Assembly (NCBI GenBank): GCA_036386195.1
Contig: DASVIY010000306.1
Location: 1-28,086, forward strand
DNA from: Acidimicrobiia bacterium
Lineage (GTDB): Bacteria > Actinomycetota > Acidimicrobiia > IMCC26256 > JBBRZM01
Direction: 5' to 3'
DNA: 28,086 nucleotides
Below the pieces are notes generated by a model. That model was not told where the DNA came from. It worked only from the letters and a program-made list of their open reading frames with translations, and searched no databases. The position numbers were made by a program, and so were the translations under genes. Positions within the stretch are counted from its first letter, which is position 1. Every line of letters begins with the position of its first letter. Of this stretch, positions 9,622 to 17,659 are shown piece by piece.

Positions 9622-10491
9622 GTGGACTCGTCAGTCATCCTCGTCATCGCCATCGCCGCGATTCTTGGGTTCGCGATCTTGTTCGTCCTCGTGACGGCGC
9701 GGCGACGCGCATCGACCGGATCGTTGAGCCGCGAGACACGCCGGCGCGACGCGAGCACCCCGCCCGACACCACTACTCCCGAAGGCACGTCTACTGATCT
9801 CGTCGACACGAGCGCCGCGGCACGCGAGCGGGCCGATGAAGCTCGCGACTCGATCAGCGGCGGCGTTCCGGTGCCGGCCGGTGGGCGCGCCATCGCCGAG
9901 CGCCAGCCCGTCGACGAGGAGGAGCTCGGCATCACCCGCCGCCAGTTCTTCAACCGCGGGATCCTGGCCGGTATCGGCGTCGGTGTGGCCGGCTTCGGCG
10001 CCGCGTCACTCGCGTTCATCTGGCCGCCCTCGGGCGTGAGCGGTTTCGGCGGCAAAGTCGACGTCGGCAACCTCAACGACATCGACGACACGATCTCGAA
10101 GAAGATCCCGTTCTACAACGCCGCCGCCAAGACCTACGTCCAGCCGTACCCGACAGCCGACGTGCCCAAGGCGAAGAAGATCACGGCGTACACGCCCGCG
10201 ATCATCAAGGGCATGCAGCAGGGCTACGTCGCGCTGTACCAGAAGTGCGTGCATCTCGGCTGCCGGGTGCCGTGGTGCGAAACGTCGCAATGGTTCGAGT
10301 GCCCCTGTCACGGCTCGAAGTACAACCGCGTCGGCGAGAAGCGCGGCGGTCCCGCGCCTCGTGGGCTCGACCATTTCGCGCTCGAGATCAGCGGCGGGTC
10401 CATGACCGTCGACACCGGCACGATCGTCACCGGGCCGCCGGTCGGCACCGACACCACCGGTCAATCCGCCGAGGGAGCGCCCTGTGTGTGA
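9622..10491 (+). CDS. petC: Rieske [2Fe-2S] subunit with N-terminal TM and internal Tat motif
   Basis: CVHLGC (209-214) and CPCHGSKY (227-234); TRRQFF; GPAPRGL; AGGAG RBS plus GTG. Confidence 0.93.
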   Translation: MDSSVILVIAIAAILGFAILFVLVTARRRASTGSLSRETRRRDASTPPDTTTPEGTSTDLVDTSAAARERADEARDSISGGVPVPAGGRAIAERQPVDEEELGITRRQFFNRGILAGIGVGVAGFGAASLAFIWPPSGVSGFGGKVDVGNLNDIDDTISKKIPFYNAAAKTYVQPYPTADVPKAKKITAYTPAIIKGMQQGYVALYQKCVHLGCRVPWCETSQWFECPCHGSKYNRVGEKRGGPAPRGLDHFALEISGGSMTVDTGTIVTGPPVGTDTTGQSAEGAPCV

Positions 10492-10548
10492 CCACGGGGT
10501 CGCGTCGCCCGTTCACACATCCGCGCGCTCGCGGTCGCAGGCGGGCCG

Positions 10549-11760
10549 ATGAACTTCCGCACCACGATCATCGCGGTCAACGGCGTCGTGTTCCTCGTGA
10601 TCGTCGCCGTGATCGTCGTCAAGGTCCTCAGCCAGCGCCGCAACCCGGAGATCAAGCCTGCGGAGAACCTCACGCCGTTCTTCGACGACGAGACCCTCGA
10701 AGGCCGGAAGCTCGAGCGGGTCCTCGGACTCTCGCTGCTCGCGGTGCTCGTCATCGCCATCGCGCTGCCGGTCTACTTCCTGCTCACACCGCGGCAGCAG
10801 GCGGAGGCGACCAAGGGCTTCGACGAGCGTTCGGTCGAGCGTGGCGCGGTGCTCTTCGCCGACCCCACCGGTAAGGCCTACGACTCGACCCGATCGCTGC
10901 AATGCGCGCGGTGTCACGGCGCCCAGGGCCAGGGCGGTACCGCGCCGTTCGTGCTCAAGCCCGAAAATGCGGCGTGTGCCGACCCGAAGAATGACCAGAA
11001 GCCCGAGTGCCTACCCGTGCAGGTGAGTTGGGCCGCGCCGGCGCTCCAGCTGGCGGGATTGCGCTACTCGCGTGATCAGCTCACGCAGATCATCACCTAC
11101 GGCCGCCCCGGCACGCCCATGCCGGCCTGGGGCGTCGAAAGCGGAAAGGGCGTCCTCGGCACGCAGGGCATCGACGATCTCGTCAACTACGTCGAGAGCC
11201 TCAAGATCTCACCGGCAAAGGCGAAGAAGCAGGCCGCCGATCTGCTGAAAGCTGATCGCGTCAACGCGGCCAAGGCGGTCACCGATGCGCAAAAGGCTCT
11301 CTCGGCCGCGCAGGCAACGGAGGCTGCGACGCCGAGCGATGCCAACAAGGCCGCGGTCCTCGCGGCACAGCAGCAACTCAACAACTCGACTGCCTGGAAC
11401 GACCAGGTGTCAACGGCTTCCGACGGCGCGCTGCTCTTTCAGCTGAACTGCGCCCGCTGCCACACGAAGGGCTGGTCGTACTACGACCCGCAGAAACCGC
11501 AGGCGGCACCATTGCCGGGACCGATGGGTGGCGGCGCGTACGGGCCCAACCTGCGCGACGGCGACGTGGTGCGCCAGTTCCCGCTGCCGGGGGGCGTTGA
11601 GTTGCAATACCAGTGGATCGCAGTGGGGATTCCGCAGTATCAGCAGTACGGCGTACGCGGGATCTCGTCCGGTCGCATGCCACACTTCTCCGACGCCCTG
11701 ACCAAGGCGCAGATCGACGCGATCATCGCCTACGAGCGCCAAGGTCTGAGCAGTCCGTGA
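10549..11760 (+). CDS. Membrane-anchored diheme cytochrome c (QcrC-like role)
   Basis: Two CARCH motifs (codons 119 and 301), candidate Met ligands PGTPMPAW and SGRMPHF, two N-terminal TM helices. Confidence 0.9.
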   Translation: MNFRTTIIAVNGVVFLVIVAVIVVKVLSQRRNPEIKPAENLTPFFDDETLEGRKLERVLGLSLLAVLVIAIALPVYFLLTPRQQAEATKGFDERSVERGAVLFADPTGKAYDSTRSLQCARCHGAQGQGGTAPFVLKPENAACADPKNDQKPECLPVQVSWAAPALQLAGLRYSRDQLTQIITYGRPGTPMPAWGVESGKGVLGTQGIDDLVNYVESLKISPAKAKKQAADLLKADRVNAAKAVTDAQKALSAAQATEAATPSDANKAAVLAAQQQLNNSTAWNDQVSTASDGALLFQLNCARCHTKGWSYYDPQKPQAAPLPGPMGGGAYGPNLRDGDVVRQFPLPGGVELQYQWIAVGIPQYQQYGVRGISSGRMPHFSDALTKAQIDAIIAYERQGLSSP

Positions 11761-11782
11761 TGCGGGAAGGAGCTCGGCACTC

Positions 11783-12619
11783 GTGAGCATGTTGCACCTC
11801 GCGGCTGAGGGCTTGACGAACAAGACCCTCTGGTACCCGACCCTCCAAGGGATCCTGGTCGTGGTTGCCGCCGTCGGTCTCTTCTGCGGATCGATCTACG
11901 TGCTGCTCGGCACCAACCTCGGCGCGCGCCTCGGGTTCCTTGTGGCATGGACGGGGCTGTTCGGTTTCCTCGTCCTGCTCAGCGGGCTGTGGATGACGAC
12001 GACCTCCCCGCTGAACACGTTCAAGGGCACCCTGCCGGCCTGGGACGTCAAACAGATCGTCAGCGTGCCCGCGAAGGCCAAGATCCCCGCGGTGCACGAC
12101 ATCGTGAAGGGGGGCACTGCGGTCGACCCGACCGAAGCAGCAAACGTGAAAGCGGCGGTCGACGCCGCGCTCGTCACCAAGGTCGCGACGCCGACCGCGC
12201 CGGTGACCCCGGACGAGAACAAGTTCGCGAAGTTCGACATCGTGACCGATTACAAGATCGTCAACACCTACGAGATCGGCGGCAGCAAGCCCAACGCGCT
12301 CCTGGGGCAGTTCACTCACAAGCCGAAATACGCCGCGGTGGAGTTCTGCGCGGTCAAAGTGCCCAACCTCCCGTTCGGTGTGAAGCCGCCACCGCCCGAA
12401 TGCGACCCGGCCAACTCGAACAAAGGCTTCATGATCCTCGAGCGCAACCTCGGCACGTTGCGCCAGCCGCCGATCTTCTCGTTCATCGCGTTCTTGTTGC
12501 TGTTCGGGCTGGGCCTGCTCGCGCTGCACTGGTGGGAGAGGGACAAGCTGGCGCTCGAGGCGGAGAAGAAGGCCGCGGCCACGCCGGCCGTCCGCGAACC
12601 CGAACCTGTGGGCAGTTGA
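11783..12619 (+). CDS. Hypothetical membrane protein (2 N-terminal TM, soluble domain with Cys pair, C-terminal TM)
   Basis: AAGGAG RBS plus GTG; hydrophobic pattern; same strand and close spacing within operon. Confidence 0.8.
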   Translation: MSMLHLAAEGLTNKTLWYPTLQGILVVVAAVGLFCGSIYVLLGTNLGARLGFLVAWTGLFGFLVLLSGLWMTTTSPLNTFKGTLPAWDVKQIVSVPAKAKIPAVHDIVKGGTAVDPTEAANVKAAVDAALVTKVATPTAPVTPDENKFAKFDIVTDYKIVNTYEIGGSKPNALLGQFTHKPKYAAVEFCAVKVPNLPFGVKPPPPECDPANSNKGFMILERNLGTLRQPPIFSFIAFLLLFGLGLLALHWWERDKLALEAEKKAAATPAVREPEPVGS

Positions 12620-12633
12620 GCCGAGGAGACGCC

Positions 12634-12855
12634 GTGTCACGCATCCGCATCGCGCTCGCCACTGTTTCGCTCGCCGTTGTCGCGCTCGTCGCGTCGGCGT
12701 CGCCGGCGGCGGCACAGCAGGTGGTCGACGCCGGGAAGGACCGCCAAGGAGGCACGGCGTTCATCCTCTTCGCCTTGATGGTGTTCATCATCGGCGGGTT
12801 GCTGTTCTTCATGGATCGCGTACGGCGCCGGCGCGGAGCGGGCGACGACGAGTAG
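12634..12855 (+). CDS. Small 73-aa protein: signal peptide, short loop, single TM, basic tail
   Basis: GAGGAG RBS 12623-12628 plus GTG; VSRIRIALATVSLAVVALVASASPAAA|QQ...AFILFALMVFIIGGLLFFM DRVRRRR; C-terminal part of ORF 11947..12855. Confidence 0.72.
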   Translation: MSRIRIALATVSLAVVALVASASPAAAQQVVDAGKDRQGGTAFILFALMVFIIGGLLFFMDRVRRRRGAGDDE

Positions 12856-12861
12856 CTGTCG

Positions 12862-14139
12862 CTACGCGAGCTCGCGCGCGGCTTCCGCGGCGAGCTCGAC
12901 GGTGTGAGCCAGGTCCGCGTCGGTGTGCGCCAGGCTCGGGAAGATCGTCTCGAAGCTGCTCGGCGCGAAGTACACGCCGCGCTCGAGCATGAGGTGGAAC
13001 CACGCGGCGTACCGCTTCGCGTCGGTGTCCTGCGCGGAGCTGTAGTCGCGAACCGGACCATCGGTGAAGAACAATCCGACGAGTGTGCGGGCGCGGGGTA
13101 CCTCCACCGCGATTCCGGCAGCGACGCACGCGTCGCGCAGCCCGTCCGCAAGCGTCGTCGCCTTGGCTTCGAGCTCGTCGTACGCGGCTTCGTCGAGCAG
13201 GTCGAGCACCGCGAGCCCGGCTGCGGTTGCCAGCGGGTTCCCCGACAACGTGCCCGCCTGGTACACGGGTCCGGCGGGCGCGAGCACGTCCATCACGTCG
13301 GCGGGACCGCCGACGGCGGCAAGCGGCAATCCACCGCCGATGACCTTGCCGAAGATCGAGAGATCGGGCGTCACGCCGTACAGACCTTGCGCGCCCGCGA
13401 GACCGACCCGAAATCCGGTGATGACTTCATCGAAGACGAGCAGGGCGCCGCGCTCGGTGCAGTGGCGGCGGATTGATTCGAGGAAGCCGTCGTCAGGTAG
13501 GACCAGACCCATGTTCGCGGCGATGGGCTCCACCAGCACCGCGGCGATGTCGTTGCCGTGGCGCGCGAACGCGTCACCGAGCGCTGCGTCGTCGTTGTAC
13601 GGCACGACGATCGTGTCGGCGACCGCGCCGTCGGTCACGCCGGCAGAGCCGGGAAGCCCGAGCGTCGCGACACCACTGCCGGCGGCGACGAGCAACGCGT
13701 CGAGATGCCCGTGATAGCAACCGGCGAACTTGACGATCTTGTCGCGGCCGGTCGCGCCCCGCGCCAGCCGCACCGCGGTCATCGCGGCTTCCGTGCCTGA
13801 CGAGACGAGCCGAAGCTTGTCGACCGATGGGACGCGCGCCGCGATCGCCTCGGCGAGCTCGACTTCGCGACGCGTCGGCGCCCCGAACGACGTGCCCTCG
13901 GCCGCGGCGCGTTGCACCGCCTCGACCACCTTCGGATGCGCGTGCCCGAGGATCGATGCGCCCCACGACTGCACGTAGTCGCAGTAGCGGTGCCCCTCGG
14001 TGTCGACGAGGTAGGCGCCCTGCGCGCGCTCGACGAAGAACGGATCGCCGCCCACAGCCCCGAACGACCGCACCGGCGAGCTCACACCACCCGGGATCCG
14101 GGCCAGCGCCCGGTCGAACAGCGACCGCTCGTTACTCAC
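12862..14139 (-). CDS. hemL: Glutamate-1-semialdehyde 2,1-aminomutase
   Basis: IPGGVSSPVRSF, SFGAPT, VSSGTEA, KFAGCYHGH, FDEVITGFR, FGKVIGGGLP, YQAGTLSGNP. Confidence 0.97.
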   Translation of the reverse strand: MSNERSLFDRALARIPGGVSSPVRSFGAVGGDPFFVERAQGAYLVDTEGHRYCDYVQSWGASILGHAHPKVVEAVQRAAAEGTSFGAPTRREVELAEAIAARVPSVDKLRLVSSGTEAAMTAVRLARGATGRDKIVKFAGCYHGHLDALLVAAGSGVATLGLPGSAGVTDGAVADTIVVPYNDDAALGDAFARHGNDIAAVLVEPIAANMGLVLPDDGFLESIRRHCTERGALLVFDEVITGFRVGLAGAQGLYGVTPDLSIFGKVIGGGLPLAAVGGPADVMDVLAPAGPVYQAGTLSGNPLATAAGLAVLDLLDEAAYDELEAKATTLADGLRDACVAAGIAVEVPRARTLVGLFFTDGPVRDYSSAQDTDAKRYAAWFHLMLERGVYFAPSSFETIFPSLAHTDADLAHTVELAAEAARELA

Positions 14140-14155
14140 CGCTCACCCGCGCTCA

Positions 14156-14202
14156 TTCTTGCGTCGAGGATCACCATGACATGTTGATTTGCGACGCAAG
14201 AA
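14156..14202. repeat. 47-nt imperfect palindrome (REP-like hairpin) between hemB and hemL
   Basis: TTCTTGCGTCG...CGACGCAAGAA perfect 11-bp arms, plus inner ATCA/TGAT and CATG/CATG. Confidence 0.75.
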
Positions 14203-14220
14203 CGGTCTCGGGAGGCGGGG

Positions 14221-15204
14221 TCACCGCTCTTGGAGACGCTCGGCGAGCTCGCGGGCGAGGTAGGTGAGCACGAAGTCGGCACCGGCGCGCTTGATCGCGG
14301 TGATGTGCTCGAGTGCGACCGCGTCGCCATCGAGCCATCCCAGTTGCGCGGCGGCTTTCAGCATCGCGTACTCACCGCTCACGTGGTACGCCGCGACCGG
14401 CACGTCGAACGCCTGCCGCACGGCCGCGATCACGTCGAGGTACGCGAGCGCGGGCTTCACCATCACCATGTCGGCGCCCTCGGCGATGTCGAGCGCGGTC
14501 TCGTCGAGTGCTTCGCGGGCGTTGGTGGGATCCATCTGGTAGCTGCGCCGGTCGCCGAACTGCGGCGCGCATTCCGCCGCGTCGCGGAATGGGCCGTAGA
14601 GGGCGGACGCGTACTTCGCCGAGTAGGCCAGGATCGCCGTGTCGGTGTGGCCGGCACTGTCGAGCGCGGCACGAATCGCGCCAACTTGCCCGTCCATCAT
14701 TCCCGACGGCGCGACCACGTCGGCCCCGGCATCGGCCTGGGTCACCGCGATCGCGGCGTACCGTTCGAGTGTTGCGTCGTTGTCGACGGCGCCACGCGAG
14801 TCGACGATGCCGCAGTGCCCGTGATCGGTGTACTCATCGAGGCAGTTGTCGGCCATGAGCACGAGTGCGTCACCGACTTCGTCACGCAAGTTGCGGAGCG
14901 CGGCCTGCACGACACCGCCGGGCGCGTCAGCACCGGAGCCGGTGGCGTCCTTGTGCCCGGGCACGCCGAAGAGGATCACCGCCGGGATACCGAGGTCGGC
15001 GAGCGTACGGACCTCCTTGCGCAGGCTCTCGTGCGTGTGCTGCACGACACCGGGCATCGATGCGACCGGCTCGGGAGCGTCGATGCTTTCCTTGACGAAC
15101 AGGGGCGCGACAAGGTCGTCGACATCGAGCCGGGATTCGGCGACGAGGCGGCGCATCGCGGATGTGCGGCGCAGGCGGCGGGGACGCTGCTCGGGGAACG
15201 GCAC
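14221..15204 (-). CDS. hemB: Porphobilinogen synthase (ALA dehydratase)
   Basis: RPRRLR, DNCLDEYTDHGHCG, APSGMMDG, AYSAKYAS, YQMDP, MVKPA, AYHVSGEYAM. Confidence 0.97.
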   Translation of the reverse strand: MPFPEQRPRRLRRTSAMRRLVAESRLDVDDLVAPLFVKESIDAPEPVASMPGVVQHTHESLRKEVRTLADLGIPAVILFGVPGHKDATGSGADAPGGVVQAALRNLRDEVGDALVLMADNCLDEYTDHGHCGIVDSRGAVDNDATLERYAAIAVTQADAGADVVAPSGMMDGQVGAIRAALDSAGHTDTAILAYSAKYASALYGPFRDAAECAPQFGDRRSYQMDPTNAREALDETALDIAEGADMVMVKPALAYLDVIAAVRQAFDVPVAAYHVSGEYAMLKAAAQLGWLDGDAVALEHITAIKRAGADFVLTYLARELAERLQER

Positions 15205-15210
15205 GTCACC

Positions 15211-15238
15211 AGGCTACCGGCGGTTCCCCGAAGGCCAA
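15211..15238 (-). promoter_or_regulatory. Candidate internal sigma70-type promoter for leaderless hemB (TTGGCC-N16-TAGCCT)
   Basis: -10 ends 6 nt before the GTG start; no SD. Confidence 0.55.
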
Positions 15239-15260
15239 GAGACGCTGCTCCTCGACCGGA

Positions 15261-16754
15261 TCACGAACCCGAGTTGTGCTCGGCTCCCGTTCCTGATTGC
15301 AGGGCATGCGCCAGCGCGGCCACGACACCGTCGATCGTGTGCGGATCGGCTTCGGCGTCGACGCGCAGTCCGCGCCCCGCCGCCGTCTTCGACGTGATCG
15401 GTCCGATCGAGATGACGAACGGCTGCGGTTGCGGCAGCGCACCGACCGCGGCACAGAAGTTCTCGACCGTCGACGACGAGGTGAACGTGATCGCATCCAC
15501 GTCGCCCCCGCGAACGCGCTCGACCATTGCGGCATCGGGCTCGACCGGCACCGTTCGGTAGACCGCGAGCACGTCGACCTCATGACCTTTGTCTTGCAGA
15601 CCGCGCGGCAGCACGTCGCGCGCGGTCTCGGCCCGCGCGACCAGCACGCGCTCACCCGGCGCACCGGGCGCGGGGAAACCTTCGAGCAGCGACTCGGCCA
15701 CGAACCGTTCGGGGACAAGATCGGCGTTGACGCCATGCACCGTCAACGCGTCGGCGCTACCGGGACCGATCGCGGCGATACGCAGTCCGGAGAGCGCCCG
15801 GACATCGAGCCCCGCCGGCGCGAGACCACGGGAGAAGAACGCTTCGACGCCGTTCGCCGAGGTGAACACGAGCCACGCGTAGCGATGCAGCGGCGGGAGC
15901 GCGAACTCGACGGGCTCGATCGCGATCGCCGGCATCTCGAGCACCTCCGCGCCGAGCGCTTCGAGCCGGCTGCGCAGCTCGCTCGCCTGCTCGCGGGCAC
16001 GCGTCACAACCACCGATCGGCCGAAGAGCGGCCGCGTCTCGAACCACGCAAGGTCGAGCGCGGCAACGTCACCGACGACAATCGCGGCGGGCGCCTGCAC
16101 GTCGGCATCAGCGATCGTCGCGAGCGTGGCGCGAACGGTTTTCTGGTCGGGGCGGGTGCCGTTTCGCACTGCCGCAACCGGTGTGCCGGCGGCGCGGCCA
16201 CCGTCGATGAGACGCTTCGCGATGTCAGCGATGCGTCCCGCGCCCATGAGGATGACGAGGGTGCCGCCGGCGCGACCGAGGGCGTCCCAATCGACGTCGG
16301 CGTGTCCCTTGCCCGGGTCCTCGTGTCCGGTCACCACGGTCACGTGCGTCGAACGGCCGCGATGCGTCACCGGGATGCCTGCGTACGCCGGCGCCGCAAT
16401 CGCGCTCGTGATCCCGGGAACGACTTCGAACGGAATGCCGGCCGCACGCAGGGCTTCGGCCTCCTCGCCACCGCGTCCGAAGACGAACGGGTCGCCGCCC
16501 TTCAGGCGCACGACAGTGCGGCCGGCGGCGCCGTGCTCGACGAGCGTGGCGTTGATCTGGTCCTGGGTCAGCTCGACCTGTCCGGGTGCCTTGCCGGCAG
16601 CGACCAACTGCGCGCCGGGCGGTGCGAGGTCGAGCAGGGCGGGCGGCGCGAGCCGGTCGTACACCACCACGTCGGCCTGTGCGAGAAGCTGCGCGCCGCG
16701 AACCGTCAGCAGGCCGGGGTCACCGGGCCCCGCACCCACGAGATAGACGGTCAT
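15261..16754 (-). CDS. cobA-hemD: Fused uroporphyrinogen-III C-methyltransferase / uroporphyrinogen-III synthase (CobA-HemD)
   Basis: VYLVGAGPGDPGLLT, VRLKGGDPFVFGRGGEE, VPGITSA; then VVVTRAREQA, FTSANGV, FTSSSTV. Confidence 0.95.
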   Translation of the reverse strand: MTVYLVGAGPGDPGLLTVRGAQLLAQADVVVYDRLAPPALLDLAPPGAQLVAAGKAPGQVELTQDQINATLVEHGAAGRTVVRLKGGDPFVFGRGGEEAEALRAAGIPFEVVPGITSAIAAPAYAGIPVTHRGRSTHVTVVTGHEDPGKGHADVDWDALGRAGGTLVILMGAGRIADIAKRLIDGGRAAGTPVAAVRNGTRPDQKTVRATLATIADADVQAPAAIVVGDVAALDLAWFETRPLFGRSVVVTRAREQASELRSRLEALGAEVLEMPAIAIEPVEFALPPLHRYAWLVFTSANGVEAFFSRGLAPAGLDVRALSGLRIAAIGPGSADALTVHGVNADLVPERFVAESLLEGFPAPGAPGERVLVARAETARDVLPRGLQDKGHEVDVLAVYRTVPVEPDAAMVERVRGGDVDAITFTSSSTVENFCAAVGALPQPQPFVISIGPITSKTAAGRGLRVDAEADPHTIDGVVAALAHALQSGTGAEHNSGS

Positions 16755-17659
16755 GAGACGACCGGGGCCAACGCGAGGTCGTCGAGCAACATCTGCCCGC
16801 CGCTGTCGGCGAGCAGGGCGCGGGCGACGTCGTCGCCCACGGCCGCAGGGTCGACACCGGTCGCGTGCGCGCGCAAGACGATCCGGCCGTCGAGCGAGGC
16901 GAGCAGCGCGTCGATGCTGACGGAGTTGCCGTCGTCAATCGAAGCGAGCGCACCGCACGGCAGGTTGCAGCCACCGCCGAGCTGCGCGAGAAACGCGCGC
17001 TCCGCATCGAGGGCGCGATGGGCCCGCACATTGTCGATCGTTTCGAGCCGCGCCCGCGTCTGCTCGTCGTCGATCCGGCATTCGACGGCAAGGGAGCCTT
17101 GTCCGACCTGCGGCAGCATGACCGACGGGTCGAGGAGCTCATCCGCGCGGTCGAGGGCCCCGAGCCGCTCGAGCGCCGCCGCAGCGACGACCACCGCATC
17201 GAACCGCCGCGCCTTGTCGAGCCGGGTCTCGATGTTGCCGCGCAGCTCTGCGAAGACGACATCGGGCCGCGCGTTTGCAAGCTGCGCCCGCCGCCGCACG
17301 GAGCCGGTCGCGACCCGGGCTCCGGTGGGGAGTGCGTCGAGCGTCGATCCCACGAGGGCGTCGCGGGCGTCGCCCCGCTCTGGCACCGCGGCGAGCGCGA
17401 GCCCATCGGAGATGACCGCGGGAAGGTCTTTGGCCGAATGCACCGCGATGTCGGCGCGCCCGTCGAGCACCGCCTGCTCGACTTCCTTGACGAACACACC
17501 CACGCCGCCGATCGTGTGAATCGGCACGTCGGCACGCTGATCACCGCGTGTCGAGACGACGACGAGCTCAGCCGGGAGACCGAGGAGCTCGACGACCCGA
17601 TCAGCCTGCCGGCGGGCGAGCGCGCTGCCGCGCGTCGCGACCCGCAGCGCTGAAGCCAT
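16751..17659 (-). CDS. hemC: Hydroxymethylbilane synthase (porphobilinogen deaminase)
   Basis: ATRGSALARRQ, VGVFVKE, DIAVHSAKDLP, LRGNIETRL, PQVGQG, GGGCNLP. Confidence 0.97.
   Translation of the reverse strand: MASALRVATRGSALARRQADRVVELLGLPAELVVVSTRGDQRADVPIHTIGGVGVFVKEVEQAVLDGRADIAVHSAKDLPAVISDGLALAAVPERGDARDALVGSTLDALPTGARVATGSVRRRAQLANARPDVVFAELRGNIETRLDKARRFDAVVVAAAALERLGALDRADELLDPSVMLPQVGQGSLAVECRIDDEQTRARLETIDNVRAHRALDAERAFLAQLGGGCNLPCGALASIDDGNSVSIDALLASLDGRIVLRAHATGVDPAAVGDDVARALLADSGGQMLLDDLALAPVVS

Noticed and set aside
10485-10519. Hairpin TGTGTGA/TCACACA plus ACGGG/CCCGT between Rieske and cytochrome c genes
   Set aside because: Modest stem without a U-tract, overlapping the stop codon; could be an mRNA stabiliser but is not distinguishable from chance.
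14810-14850. HemB metal site with Asp replacing the middle Cys (CLDEYTDHGHC)
   Set aside because: By recall this is the usual actinobacterial variant, so not unusual.
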